From Candidatus Rariloculaceae bacterium (GTDB taxonomy: Bacteria; Pseudomonadota; Gammaproteobacteria; Steroidobacterales; Rariloculaceae): a stretch of 64,000 nt of DNA. Under the pieces are notes generated by a model, which had not been told where the DNA came from, searched no databases, and worked only from the letters and a program-made list of their open reading frames with translations. Both the position numbers and the translations under genes were made by a program. This document shows positions 39,099 through 48,700 of the stretch, piece by piece (the stretch's first letter is position 1; each line of letters opens with the position of its first letter). The stretch is from contig OZ250159.1 of the NCBI GenBank assembly GCA_965237785.1, positions 117,791 to 181,790 of the forward strand, written 5' to 3'.

Positions 39099-40010
39099 TT
39101 ACCTATCTTGATCATTGGAGACGTCCTCGTCATAGAATCCGAGCGGTTTGTACATCATCGGCTCGACGATCGGAATGCACTGAAACTCCTTGAGTTTGGC
39201 GTTCGTATCGACATGCCGATAAAGCATGAAACCGATATTCCACGGCCGCGTGAATACATTGGGATCCTCGATGGTTGCCTCGTATCGCATGTGCCATGGG
39301 CTGACGGGTGTCCATCGTTCGACAACGTGCAATGCGTCGCTGGCGAAATTGCCTTCGCGATCGAACCAGGTGTGTTCGTTGAAACCCTGGACGTCGACGA
39401 CCAGCGTATTGCCCTCCCAATGGCCGTTGGAGGTGCCCATCCAGGATTGGTCGTATGCCGGGCGATCCTCGTCCATGTAGACCGTCCGATAGGCGCCCTT
39501 GTACTCGTAGACGATGAGCATCTGTTCCGGCGTCTGGAAAATCTGCAACGGATACGGCATGTAGTTTGCGCGCGGGACGCCTGCGCGAAAACACTGCAAT
39601 TCCGGATCACCGGTATCGAAGCGGCTGGGATCGTTGCTGACGTTGACGACCGCCCGATTTTCAAGATTCCTTTGCTGCGCCGCCGCCGCCCATTCCCGGT
39701 AGGGAAGTTCATCGCCCTCGACGATGCCGAATCCCGCCCGTCCGGCTCCCCAGGCGCCGGTGATCTCCGCAAACGGACCCGGCTGCACGGAGTGGGAGAG
39801 AATGTTCCAGTTCGCCGTCGTGAAGGATTGCCAAATTCCGCTGATGTCGGGGGTCCCGTGCGTCGTGCGCGGTGGCGCATAGTCCGGGAACGGCTCATGG
39901 ATCGGCGTCTGGGCCGCGCCCGCGCCGGAAAGGATTGCGAGGATCGCCACGGTAGCGGATTGGCGAGCTATCCGGGTTAAGGGGACATCTCTCGGTCGGA
40001 TGTTTTTCAA
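39099..40010 (-). CDS. secreted protein of unknown function, paralog of 37955..39070
   Basis: 303-aa ORF with signal peptide (SATVAILAILSGAGAAQT). Paralogy motifs are listed under the neighbouring gene. Confidence 0.65.
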   Translation of the reverse strand: MKNIRPRDVPLTRIARQSATVAILAILSGAGAAQTPIHEPFPDYAPPRTTHGTPDISGIWQSFTTANWNILSHSVQPGPFAEITGAWGAGRAGFGIVEGDELPYREWAAAAQQRNLENRAVVNVSNDPSRFDTGDPELQCFRAGVPRANYMPYPLQIFQTPEQMLIVYEYKGAYRTVYMDEDRPAYDQSWMGTSNGHWEGNTLVVDVQGFNEHTWFDREGNFASDALHVVERWTPVSPWHMRYEATIEDPNVFTRPWNIGFMLYRHVDTNAKLKEFQCIPIVEPMMYKPLGFYDEDVSNDQDR

Positions 40011-40146
40011 ATTCGTGACTTCCCTGATTCACAGGATAAGTCATTCTATCGCGTTAGACGTGTCTTACGACGACTATCGGAGCGGCGTCGGGATCAAAAA
40101 AACCCGAGCGCGCCGCGCTCGGGTTTTACCGGGATGGGTACAGGGG

Positions 40147-40527
40147 TTACCCGCGGTCGAAGAGCGAAGGCCGCATGATTCGAAGCCGGGCCAGCATGCG
40201 GTCACGTAATTCCTGCCGGCTGGCCGTTACAACGATTTCTTCAATGTACAGATGCTCAGGCGCTTGCGCGGTGACGACGATCTCTTCCATGTAGAGGTGG
40301 GCCGGCGCCTGCGCGGTGACGACAATTTCTTCCATGGAGAGGTGGGCCGGCGCCTGCGCGGTGACGACAATTTCTTCCATGAAGAGATGTGCGGGCGCCT
40401 CCGCGGTCACCACCACTTCCTCCATGACGAATCCTTCTTCCATCCAGGCTGGCGTGGTCTCCGCTCCGGCGGTCTGGCTGCCCAGGAAAAGAAGCGTCGC
40501 AATCGTCGTTAGCTTGGTCGTGTTCAT
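40147..40527 (-). CDS. small secreted protein made of five tandem TonB-box-like units (MEEIVVTAQAPAHLx)
   Basis: 126-aa ORF. Signal peptide MNTTKLTTIATLLFLGSQTAGA. This is followed by MEEVVVTAEAPAHLF MEEIVVTAQAPAHLS MEEIVVTAQAPAHLY MEEIVVTAQAPEHLY IEEIVVTASRQELRDR.... Confidence 0.7.
   Translation of the reverse strand: MNTTKLTTIATLLFLGSQTAGAETTPAWMEEGFVMEEVVVTAEAPAHLFMEEIVVTAQAPAHLSMEEIVVTAQAPAHLYMEEIVVTAQAPEHLYIEEIVVTASRQELRDRMLARLRIMRPSLFDRG
40222..40425 (-). repeat. 45-bp in-frame tandem repeat, 4 full units plus one partial
   Basis: Units lie at 40246-40290, 40291-40335, 40336-40380 and 40381-40425, with a partial unit at 40222-40245. The two central units differ at a single nucleotide. 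Confidence 0.9.
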
Positions 40528-40813
40528 GCTTGGCTCCGGTTGTGTTCGGTGCGTATCGAAGTTGGTGCTACCTTACGCGGCGGGGCCTCAAGTGTGCGTG
40601 CAGAAGTCTGAAGAACTATCGAGAGTCTGCAAATAAAGTCGAAGATCGACGCGGCGAGCGAATCGGCGGCGATGACAGTTACAATGACCCGCTTGAAAGA
40701 AGATCCGTTTGAAGGAAAACGAAAGCCCGCATCGCGACTCCGGACGCCGCCGCCGGCCCACGGCGGTCCGCGGCGGTCCGCGGCACAGCGATACGCGGGC
40801 AGGTGAGACATCG

Positions 40814-42073
40814 ATGAACTGGATAGTTAAAGAAATACGAACGAACGGCCTTGCCGTCGCGATCGCCGGAATCGTTGCGCTGCTGGCTACACATGGCGCT
40901 GTCGCGCAAGACGATGTTGTCGTGCTCGGGGGCACGGGATGGCACTGCGGGGAGGACCCCGAGTGCTTCAACCGCCTGCATCCGGATATTCCCATGGCCG
41001 CACGCGCGCAACCCGGCCAAACGATCCTGCTCAAGACGCGCAATTCCGCCGATCTGCAACTGGATCCCGACAGCACCTACGTGGATCCCCGCGATGCCGA
41101 TCCGGTACGGGGCACGGTGCATCCGCTCACGGGTCCCGTCCACATCGAGGGCGCCGAGCCGGGAGACGTTCTCGCGGTGACCATTCTGGATATCGCTCCC
41201 GGGCCGTTCGGTGTCACGCGAATTACGCCCAACGCGTTCATAGCGGACCGGATTCCGGGGCCGCTTAGCGTTACCTGGCGATTGAATCGCACCGAAGCGG
41301 TGTCCGATGCGCTGCCGGGCATCCGCATCCCGAATGCGAGCTTCCCCGGAATCGTGACCGTGTTGCCGGGGCCTGAGCAACACGCTACGGCGCTGGCCCG
41401 CGAGGCGGCGCTGGCGGCGGCTGGCGGCGCCGTGGGTCTGCCGCAGCCTGTTCATGCATCCCCGCAAGACATCTGCGGTCCCGAGGGCAGTCACCGTGAC
41501 GAATGCCTGCGAACCGGTCCTCCCCGGGAACACGGTGGCAACATGGACATTCGCTACCTGGGCGTCGGGGTCACGGTCTACCTGCCCTGCTATGTGGAGG
41601 GGTGCGGGCTTGGCGTCGGCGACCTGCACTTTGCCCAGGGCGACGGCGAGGTTGCCGGCACCGCCATCGAAATGGACGCCGATGTGACGTTGACGACCGA
41701 ACTCATCAAGGGCGGACCGGTGCTTGCGCGCGGCCCGCACTACGAAGGCTCCGCTCGCCTCATGGATGTGCCCTCGCGGCGCTTCTACGCGACCACCGGC
41801 CTGCCGTTGAAGGCGGCGGGCGAATTGCCGCCGGACATGGCTTATCTCGAGTCGCCGAAGGCAGGACAGCTTGAAAATCTCTCAAAAGACATTAGTCTCG
41901 CCGCGAGGAACGCGCTGCTGGAGATCATCGACTACATGGTCGCGACCTATGACTTGACCCCGCAGCAAGCGTATATCGTTGCGAGCGTGGCGGTCGACTT
42001 GCGAATCGGTCAATTGGTGGATGTGCCGAACGTGGGTGTGACGGCGATATTGCCCCTGGATATTTTTGAGTAG
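40814..42073 (+). CDS. acetamidase/formamidase family amidohydrolase with N-terminal signal/anchor
   Basis: ORF 40709..42073 trimmed to MNWIVKEIRTNGLAVAIAGIVALLATHGAVAQ. FmdA/AmdA signatures present (HPLTGPVHIEGAEPGDVLAV, GGNMDIRYL, GDLHFAQGDGEV). Confidence 0.8.
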   Translation: MNWIVKEIRTNGLAVAIAGIVALLATHGAVAQDDVVVLGGTGWHCGEDPECFNRLHPDIPMAARAQPGQTILLKTRNSADLQLDPDSTYVDPRDADPVRGTVHPLTGPVHIEGAEPGDVLAVTILDIAPGPFGVTRITPNAFIADRIPGPLSVTWRLNRTEAVSDALPGIRIPNASFPGIVTVLPGPEQHATALAREAALAAAGGAVGLPQPVHASPQDICGPEGSHRDECLRTGPPREHGGNMDIRYLGVGVTVYLPCYVEGCGLGVGDLHFAQGDGEVAGTAIEMDADVTLTTELIKGGPVLARGPHYEGSARLMDVPSRRFYATTGLPLKAAGELPPDMAYLESPKAGQLENLSKDISLAARNALLEIIDYMVATYDLTPQQAYIVASVAVDLRIGQLVDVPNVGVTAILPLDIFE

Positions 42074-42127
42074 GTTTGCCGGAATGATTTCAGAATGGTG
42101 TCGGTTTGATATTGCCGGGAGGGTCGC

Positions 42128-44203
42128 ATGACGACGAGCCGCGGGATTGCGGCGCTGGCCGCCGCGCTGGCCATTGCGCTTTTGGTTCCGGGGCTCCTCG
42201 GTGCACAAGGCGTCCCGGCGGCGTCGAACGGCCTTGAGGAAATCGTCGTCCAGGCGACGCGAATGAGCCGGCCTCTGGATCGCGTTCCGGCCGCGATAAG
42301 CGTGGTCAGCCAGAACGAGATTCAACTGGGGCGGCAACAGCTTGGACTGGACGAAGCGCTCACGCGGGTGCCGGGGCTGTTCATGCAGAATCGCTACAAT
42401 TTCGCCCAGGATCTCAGGGTTTCCATCCGGGGATTCGGCGCGCGGTCGAACTTCGGCATCCGCGGCATCAAGATTCTCGTGGATGGAATTCCGGAAACGC
42501 TGCCGGACGGCCAGGGACAGGTGGACAGCATCGACCTGGGCGCCACACGGCAGATCGAGGTGCTCCGCGGGCCGAGCTCCTCGCTCTACGGCAATGCATC
42601 GGGCGGCGTCGTCAGCGTGACTTCGGAACGGGGCCCGGAAGCGCCGTTCGCCAATGTGCGGCTCACCGCCGGGGAGTACGGCGCGCAGAAATTCCAGGTC
42701 AAGACCGGCGGTCAGACGGACCGGGTCAATTACTTCGTCAGCTTGTCCGACTCCCGTATCGACGGCTATCGCGAGCACAGTGAAACCGAGAACACCCAAC
42801 TCAGCGGACGCTTCGAATTCGACTTCGGCGACAACGGCTCATTGCTCACCTTGCTCAACTATACCGATCAGCCCATTTCCAACGATCCGGGTGGAATCAA
42901 CCTCGCCCAGGCCACGGCCGATCCCCGGTCCGCCCGGGACCGCAATCTGAGCTTTGACGCCGGCGAGGCATTGGAGCAGTCACGCATCGGATTCGTGTAC
43001 ACGCGGCCGGTGGGAGCAGGCGGTGAGCTACAAGTCCGCAACTACTACGTCTCGCGCGGCTTCAACAACCGGTTGCCCTTCGGCGGCGGCGGCGCGGTGG
43101 ACCTGCAACGCTTCTTTGCCGGCGGGGGCGTCAGCTACATTCATCAAGGAAGTCTGGCGGGCAAACCCAACCGGGTCGTCGTGGGTCTGGACTACGACGA
43201 TCAGGACGACCACCGGCGACGGTTCAATAACAACATGGGGATACCGGGCGCGCTGACCCTGGATCAGGACGAGCATGTGACCAGTACGGGCGTGTTCATC
43301 CAGGACGAACTCAGCCTCACGGACAATCTGCAACTCTCCTTCGGCGTGCGCTTCGATGAAGTGGAATTCGATGTCGGCGACCGCTTCCTTGGCAACGGCG
43401 ACGACTCCGGCGTTCGCAAGCTGGACGGTGTGAGTCCGATGATCGGATTGCTCGCAACCGTTTCGCCCGCGTTGAGCGTTTACGGAACCTACTCGACTTC
43501 CTTCGAGACGCCGACCACGACGGAATTCGCCAACCCTTCAGGCGCCGGTGGATTCAACCCCGGACTGGAGCCCCAGGCCGCGGCCAACCTGGAATTCGGT
43601 CTGCGCGGCAGGACGGGCGAGCGGATACGATACGAACTGGCCGTATTCGACATTGAAGTGGACGATGAACTCATTCCGTACGAAATTCCCAGCAGCCCGG
43701 GGCGGGATTTCTTCGCCAACGCCGGCGGCTCGGACAGGACCGGCTTCGAGGCATCCTTGTCATCCCAGCCGACCGAGCGTGTCGGTATCACGTTGAGCTA
43801 TACCTATGCGGACTTCGAGTTCGCCGACTTCACGGACGACAACGGTAACGATTACTCCGGCAACCGCATACCGGGCACTGTCGAGCAGCTGTTTTTCGGC
43901 GAGATCGACTATAGGCACCCCGCCGGCTGGTTCGGCGCGCTCGATGCGCTGTACGTGGGCGATCAGTTTGCCAACAACGCCAACACCGTGTCCGACGGTG
44001 CCTATACCATCTCCAATCTGCGCCTGGGATTCGATGCGGGCCGGGGCGGGGTGACCTTCTCGCCGTTCCTCGGCATCAACAACCTCTTCGGCGAGAGCTA
44101 CAACTCCAATATCCGCATCAATGCCTTCGGCGGGCGGTTCTTCGAGCCGGGGCCCACGCGCAATGCCTATGCCGGCGTTGCGGTGAATTTTGATCTGCGT
44201 TGA
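42128..44203 (+). CDS. TonB-dependent receptor (shorter, siderophore/metal-type size)
   Basis: 691-aa ORF. Has a signal peptide, LEEIVVQATRMSRPLDRVPAAISVV, IRGFGARSNFGIRGIKILVDGIP and VLRGPSSSLYGNASGGVV. Confidence 0.9.
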   Translation: MTTSRGIAALAAALAIALLVPGLLGAQGVPAASNGLEEIVVQATRMSRPLDRVPAAISVVSQNEIQLGRQQLGLDEALTRVPGLFMQNRYNFAQDLRVSIRGFGARSNFGIRGIKILVDGIPETLPDGQGQVDSIDLGATRQIEVLRGPSSSLYGNASGGVVSVTSERGPEAPFANVRLTAGEYGAQKFQVKTGGQTDRVNYFVSLSDSRIDGYREHSETENTQLSGRFEFDFGDNGSLLTLLNYTDQPISNDPGGINLAQATADPRSARDRNLSFDAGEALEQSRIGFVYTRPVGAGGELQVRNYYVSRGFNNRLPFGGGGAVDLQRFFAGGGVSYIHQGSLAGKPNRVVVGLDYDDQDDHRRRFNNNMGIPGALTLDQDEHVTSTGVFIQDELSLTDNLQLSFGVRFDEVEFDVGDRFLGNGDDSGVRKLDGVSPMIGLLATVSPALSVYGTYSTSFETPTTTEFANPSGAGGFNPGLEPQAAANLEFGLRGRTGERIRYELAVFDIEVDDELIPYEIPSSPGRDFFANAGGSDRTGFEASLSSQPTERVGITLSYTYADFEFADFTDDNGNDYSGNRIPGTVEQLFFGEIDYRHPAGWFGALDALYVGDQFANNANTVSDGAYTISNLRLGFDAGRGGVTFSPFLGINNLFGESYNSNIRINAFGGRFFEPGPTRNAYAGVAVNFDLR

Positions 44204-44280
44204 GGGTGGGCAGTCTGCGAACGGTCCGCGGACAGGGACTGCTCGGCGGTATTCGTCAATCAGAAAAATTAAGTGGACAT

Positions 44281-44310
44281 AGTTTCACCGGCAAACTAGC
44301 CGGTGAAACT
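44281..44310. repeat. perfect 12-bp inverted repeat with 6-nt spacer (agtttcaccggc aaacta gccggtgaaact) between the receptor gene and brxA
   Basis: Read directly. Followed by the AT-rich tgctatatatattttcgcctctatact and then the brxA ATG at 44346. It could be a terminator hairpin, an operator or an island boundary. Confidence 0.8.
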
Positions 44311-44345
44311 TGCTATATATATTTTCGCCTCTATACTGCTCCGCC

Positions 44346-45155
44346 ATGAACGCGGTGTTCCACCTGGATTTCGACGCGGCAGTTGCCGGCATCCCCGAGC
44401 AAAGCGCCGCCGTTTGGGGCTTCCGCTTGGGGGAAAGGGGAACACACTCCAGCCGGACGATCATGTTCCAGGAGCTATCGCATCTTCTGGAAGTAACCGC
44501 AGGCGATGCGTCCCGTGAAGATTATGCCGACGCCGTTATTGGCGAGAATTGTTTGGGCAAGAGGACGGTGGCAAACCGCAAAATCTCGTTGCAGCACTTG
44601 CGGGAATTGTACGCGCTGGATCCTCGCGTTGTGCTCTTCCGCGCGCTCCGGGAACTGTGGGGCCGCGATCGGTCCAGCCGCGCCCTACTGGCGCTGTTGC
44701 TTGCTCTGGCGCGGGACCCCTTGCTCCGCGCGACCGCCGCCGCCGCGTTGCGCACACCGTTCGGCCACGAGTTTGCGAGGCAAGCCATGATGGACGCCGT
44801 AGCGGAAGCCGCCGGAGATCGCCTCAACAGCAAAACACTCGACAAGGTGGTGCGCAACGCGGCCTCCTCGTGGACTCAGTCCGGCCACCTGCGGGGGAGG
44901 GGGCGCAAGACGAGGGAAACGGTCCAGGCCACGCCGGCCGTGGCTGCGTATGCGCTGTTGATCGGATTCGCAACAGGCCGCCGCGGTCGTCTGCTGTTCG
45001 AGACGCCTTGGTGCAGCGTCCTGGACACCGACGCCGGCGAACTCATGGAACTGGCGGTCGCGGCGAAACGTCTCGGGTTGATCGGCTTCAAGCAGTCCGG
45101 TTCGATCATCGACGTGTCGTTTCCTGAGATGCTGATTTCACGGCGTGGGAGTTGA
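44346..45155 (+). CDS. brxA: BREX protein BrxA (DUF1819-like)
   Basis: ORF 44310..45155, likely starting at MNAVF (44346). Position (first gene, before brxB) and C-terminal pattern match my recollection of DUF1819. That pattern is NSKTLDKVVRNAASSWTQSGHLRGRG..TPAVAAYALLIGF...ELMELAVAAKRLGLIGF. Confidence 0.65.
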   Translation: MNAVFHLDFDAAVAGIPEQSAAVWGFRLGERGTHSSRTIMFQELSHLLEVTAGDASREDYADAVIGENCLGKRTVANRKISLQHLRELYALDPRVVLFRALRELWGRDRSSRALLALLLALARDPLLRATAAAALRTPFGHEFARQAMMDAVAEAAGDRLNSKTLDKVVRNAASSWTQSGHLRGRGRKTRETVQATPAVAAYALLIGFATGRRGRLLFETPWCSVLDTDAGELMELAVAAKRLGLIGFKQSGSIIDVSFPEMLISRRGS

Positions 45156-45158
45156 TGC

Positions 45159-45728
45159 ATGGGGCGTATGGACAGGTTGGCTGAGCGCTACGGGCGGTTT
45201 ATCTCGCTGCCTTGGCAGAAGGGACTGGCCGGAGCACAGCGCGCCATTTTCGTCGTCTATGACAAGAGCGACGAGCGGCGGTTGCGGGCTCGTATGGGTC
45301 GCTTCGAGTTGGCGACCAAGCAGGCCGGGCATGGCTGGATCCAGTGCGACCTTACCGGGGTCTTCGCGCAGTGGATGGCGAGCACGGAGTACCGGGAAAT
45401 TTATTTCGAGTCGCCGGAAGATCTGGATCTCAAGTTGGAAGACGAATTTCTCGCGCATGTTGTCGAGCGGGTGCGGCAAGCGCTGTCGGCGCCGCAAGCG
45501 GATAATGGCTCCGTGGTCGCGGTCTTCGGTATCGCGTCGCTGTTCGGGTTCGTGCGCGTGTCCGAGTTGATGAAGGCGCTTGAGCCGGACATAAGAGGCC
45601 GCATCCTGGTGTTTTTCCCGGGCGAGTACGAGGACAATAATTACCGCTTGCTGGATGCGCGGGACGGGTGGAACTACCTCGCGGTCCCGATTACCTTGCA
45701 GGAAGATCGAGGAGTGTACGAGGTATGA
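45159..45728 (+). CDS. brxB: BREX protein BrxB (DUF1788)
   Basis: 189-aa ORF. Has IFVVYDKSDERRLR, GIASLFGFVRVSELM and VFFPGEYEDNNYRLLDARDGWNYLAVPI, typical of DUF1788. Its stop overlaps the brxC ATG. Confidence 0.8.
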   Translation: MGRMDRLAERYGRFISLPWQKGLAGAQRAIFVVYDKSDERRLRARMGRFELATKQAGHGWIQCDLTGVFAQWMASTEYREIYFESPEDLDLKLEDEFLAHVVERVRQALSAPQADNGSVVAVFGIASLFGFVRVSELMKALEPDIRGRILVFFPGEYEDNNYRLLDARDGWNYLAVPITLQEDRGVYEV

Positions 45729-48700
45729 AGAACCGGGAGGTCTACCAGAGAAACCCTGACGAGATCATCCTCCTGAACAACGGCGTTGCGGTAATGACCG
45801 ACGCCGAGACGGGGGATGACCGCCGCACCCTGCGCTTCGAGTTGGAGCACTTCGTCTGCGAAGGCCAGTACCGGAGCGGGCTCGTTCGGATCCTCAATGC
45901 ATACGTCAGCCACCAGGGCCAACCCGAACAGCCGGCTGCCTGGATCAGCGGTTTCTTCGGCAGCGGCAAATCCCATCTGGCGAAGATGCTCCGTTTCCTG
46001 TGGACGGACTACACCTTTCCCGAGGATGGCGCCAGCGCCCGCGGGCTGGCGCGATTGCCCGACGAAGTGCTGGATTTACTCAAGGAAGTATCAACGCTGG
46101 GCAGACGGGGCCATGGGCTGCACGCTGCATCGGGAACTCTTGGTTCCGGTCCCGGGGGAAGCGTTCGGCTTGCCTTGCTCGGTATCGTATTCAAGTCCAG
46201 GGGACTCCCGGAAGGCTTGCCCCAAGCGCGCTTCTGCCTCTGGCTGGAAAGGAACGGAATTTACGACCAGGTCAGGACTGCGGTAGAGGCCCAAGGCCGC
46301 GAATTTCGGCGGGAGCTTAACGACCTGTACGTGAGCCCGCACATCGCCAACGCGCTGCTCGCCGAGGACGCAAACTTCGCAACCAGCGCGCGGGATGCCC
46401 GAGCGGTATTGCGTGCGCAGTTTCCCAAGCCCAAGGACATTACCACCGACGAATTCGTGGATGTGTTGCGAGATACCCTTGCGCCGGAGGGCGAGATGCC
46501 CTGCACGGTGGTCATCCTCGACGAAGTGCAGCAGTACATCGGCGAGGACACGGCCCGCTCCCTTGCGGTTCAGGAAGTCGTTGAAGCCTGCAGCAAGCGC
46601 TTCGGCGACCGCCTGCTCCTGCTGGGCACCGGGCAGACCGCTCTGTCCGGGACTCCCGTGCTGCAACGCCTCCAGGGCCGCTTCACCGTCAATGTGGAAC
46701 TCTCGGACCACGATGTCGAGACGGTCACTCGACGGGTCGTTTTGGCCAAACGCGCCGATCGGTTAAGCGATATCCAAGCGATGCTGGAGGCCAACGCCGG
46801 AGAGATCGACCGGCACTTGGTCGGCGCCAAGATCGCTCCGCGTAGCGAGGACCGATCAATTCTGCCGGACGACTACCCGCTGCTACCCGTGCGTCGGCGC
46901 TTCTGGGAACATGTGCTGCGCGCCGTCGACCGCGCTGGCACGGCCGGTCAACTCCGTACCCAGCTTCGCATCGTCTATGACGCCATCCGCCACACGGCGG
47001 GCCGTTCTCTCGGTACCGTAGTGCCGACCGACTTCCTGTTCGACGAGATATCGGCCAACATGTTGAATTCCGGGGTACTCCTCCGCGAACTCCACGAGAC
47101 CATCGTCAAGCAGGGGAGCGACGGTACCGCCGATGGCCGCCTCAAGTCGCGGCTCTGCGCCCTGGTGTTCCTGATCCGCAAGCTCCCGCGCGAAGCCGGG
47201 GCCGACATCGGCGTGCGGGCAACGATGGAGGTTCTGGCGGACCTGCTGGTGGAAGACTTGACCAAGGACGGTGCGGCGTTGCGGGCTCGGTTGCCGGCCC
47301 TCCTGGACGAGTTGGTGGATGCGGGCACATTGATGAAGCTCGACCGCGAGTACAGCCTGCAAACGCGGGAGAGCAGCGATTGGGAAGCGGAGTTTCGCAA
47401 CCGGCGCAACCGGATCGCGAACGATCCCACGAATATGAGCGGGAAGCGCGCCCAGCTTCTTGGCGCCGCCGTGCAGGAGGCGGTCGGTTCGACCAAGCTG
47501 CTACACGGGTCCAGCAAGGAGCCGCGAAAGCTCTCGCTGCACTTCAGCGCCGAGCCGCCCCGGGAAGGCGGCCCGGAGGTCCCGGTGTGGATTCGCGATG
47601 GTTGGGGTGCTGTTGAGAGCAGCGTGATCGCCGACGCACGCGCGGCCGGACCGGACAGCCCAGTTATCAACGTATTCGTACCGAAGTCCCGCGCTGACGG
47701 TCTGGCGCGCCTCATTGCCTCCCGGAGCGCCGCCAACGACACGCTGGAGTACAAGGGGGTGCCGTCGACACCCGAAGGTGTGGAAGCTCGCCAGGGCATG
47801 GAGACACGACTCGCCGACGCCGCAAACCAACTGCGGGCACTGGTAGCGGAGATTATTGGCGGCGCGAAGGTCATTCAGGGCGGTGGAAACGAACGACATG
47901 AGTTGACATTGGCCGACAGAGTCCGGGAAGCCGCCGGCGCGTCTCTCGCCCGGCTCTACTACGAATTCAATGATGCCGACGACCACCGTTGGCCCAAAGC
48001 GATAGCGCGCGCCCGCGCGGGCGATGAGCACCCGCTAGCCGTGTTGAACTACAGCGGCAAAACCGAGGAGCATCCCGTGTGCGCGGCCGTGCTCTCCTTC
48101 GTCGGCTCCGGCAAGAAGGGGAGGGACGTGCGTGCGCACTTTTCCGGCCCGCCTTTTGGCTGGCCCAGGGACGCCATCGACGCCGCCCTCATCGGCCTGT
48201 TCGGAGCCGGGCACCTGCGCGCCACGGCAAATGGCGTGGTGCTGCGGCCGCCCGGACTCGATCAGGCCAAGGTGCCCAGCGCGGACTTCCGGGTCGAGAG
48301 CGCGACCGTTGACACACGGCAGCGCTTGAAACTGCGCAAGCTGTTTCAGGATGCCGGCATCGACTGCAAGCCGAACGAGGAGTCAGCGGCGGCCGGGCAG
48401 TTGCTGGAAAAGCTAAGCCGTTTGGCCGAGGATGCGGGCGGCGATGCGCCCCTGCCCGAACGTCCGGATACACTCCACCTGTCGGACCTTCAGTCGCTTG
48501 CCGGCAACGAGCAACTCCTGGCCATTCTTGGGCGGGCTGACGAACTTGAAAAAAACCTGGACGACTGGAGAAAGGCGGGGAAGCTTGCCGGCGAGCGCGT
48601 TCCTGCGTTTAAGCGTTTGCAGGCCCTTGCGCGACACGCCGATGGTTTGGATGCCGCGAAGGATGCAAAATCCCAGATCGGCGCGATCGTCTCCGGTCGG

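Noticed and set aside
40222-40425. Regular 45-bp repeats that could look like a CRISPR array
   Set aside because: The units are contiguous with no spacers. They are in frame within an ORF that has a signal peptide, so this is a coding tandem repeat, not CRISPR.
44204-44345. tRNA gene, att site or integrase marking the island boundary
   Set aside because: No cloverleaf-like sequence or recombinase ORF is present. Only the 12-bp palindrome was found, and it is reported separately.
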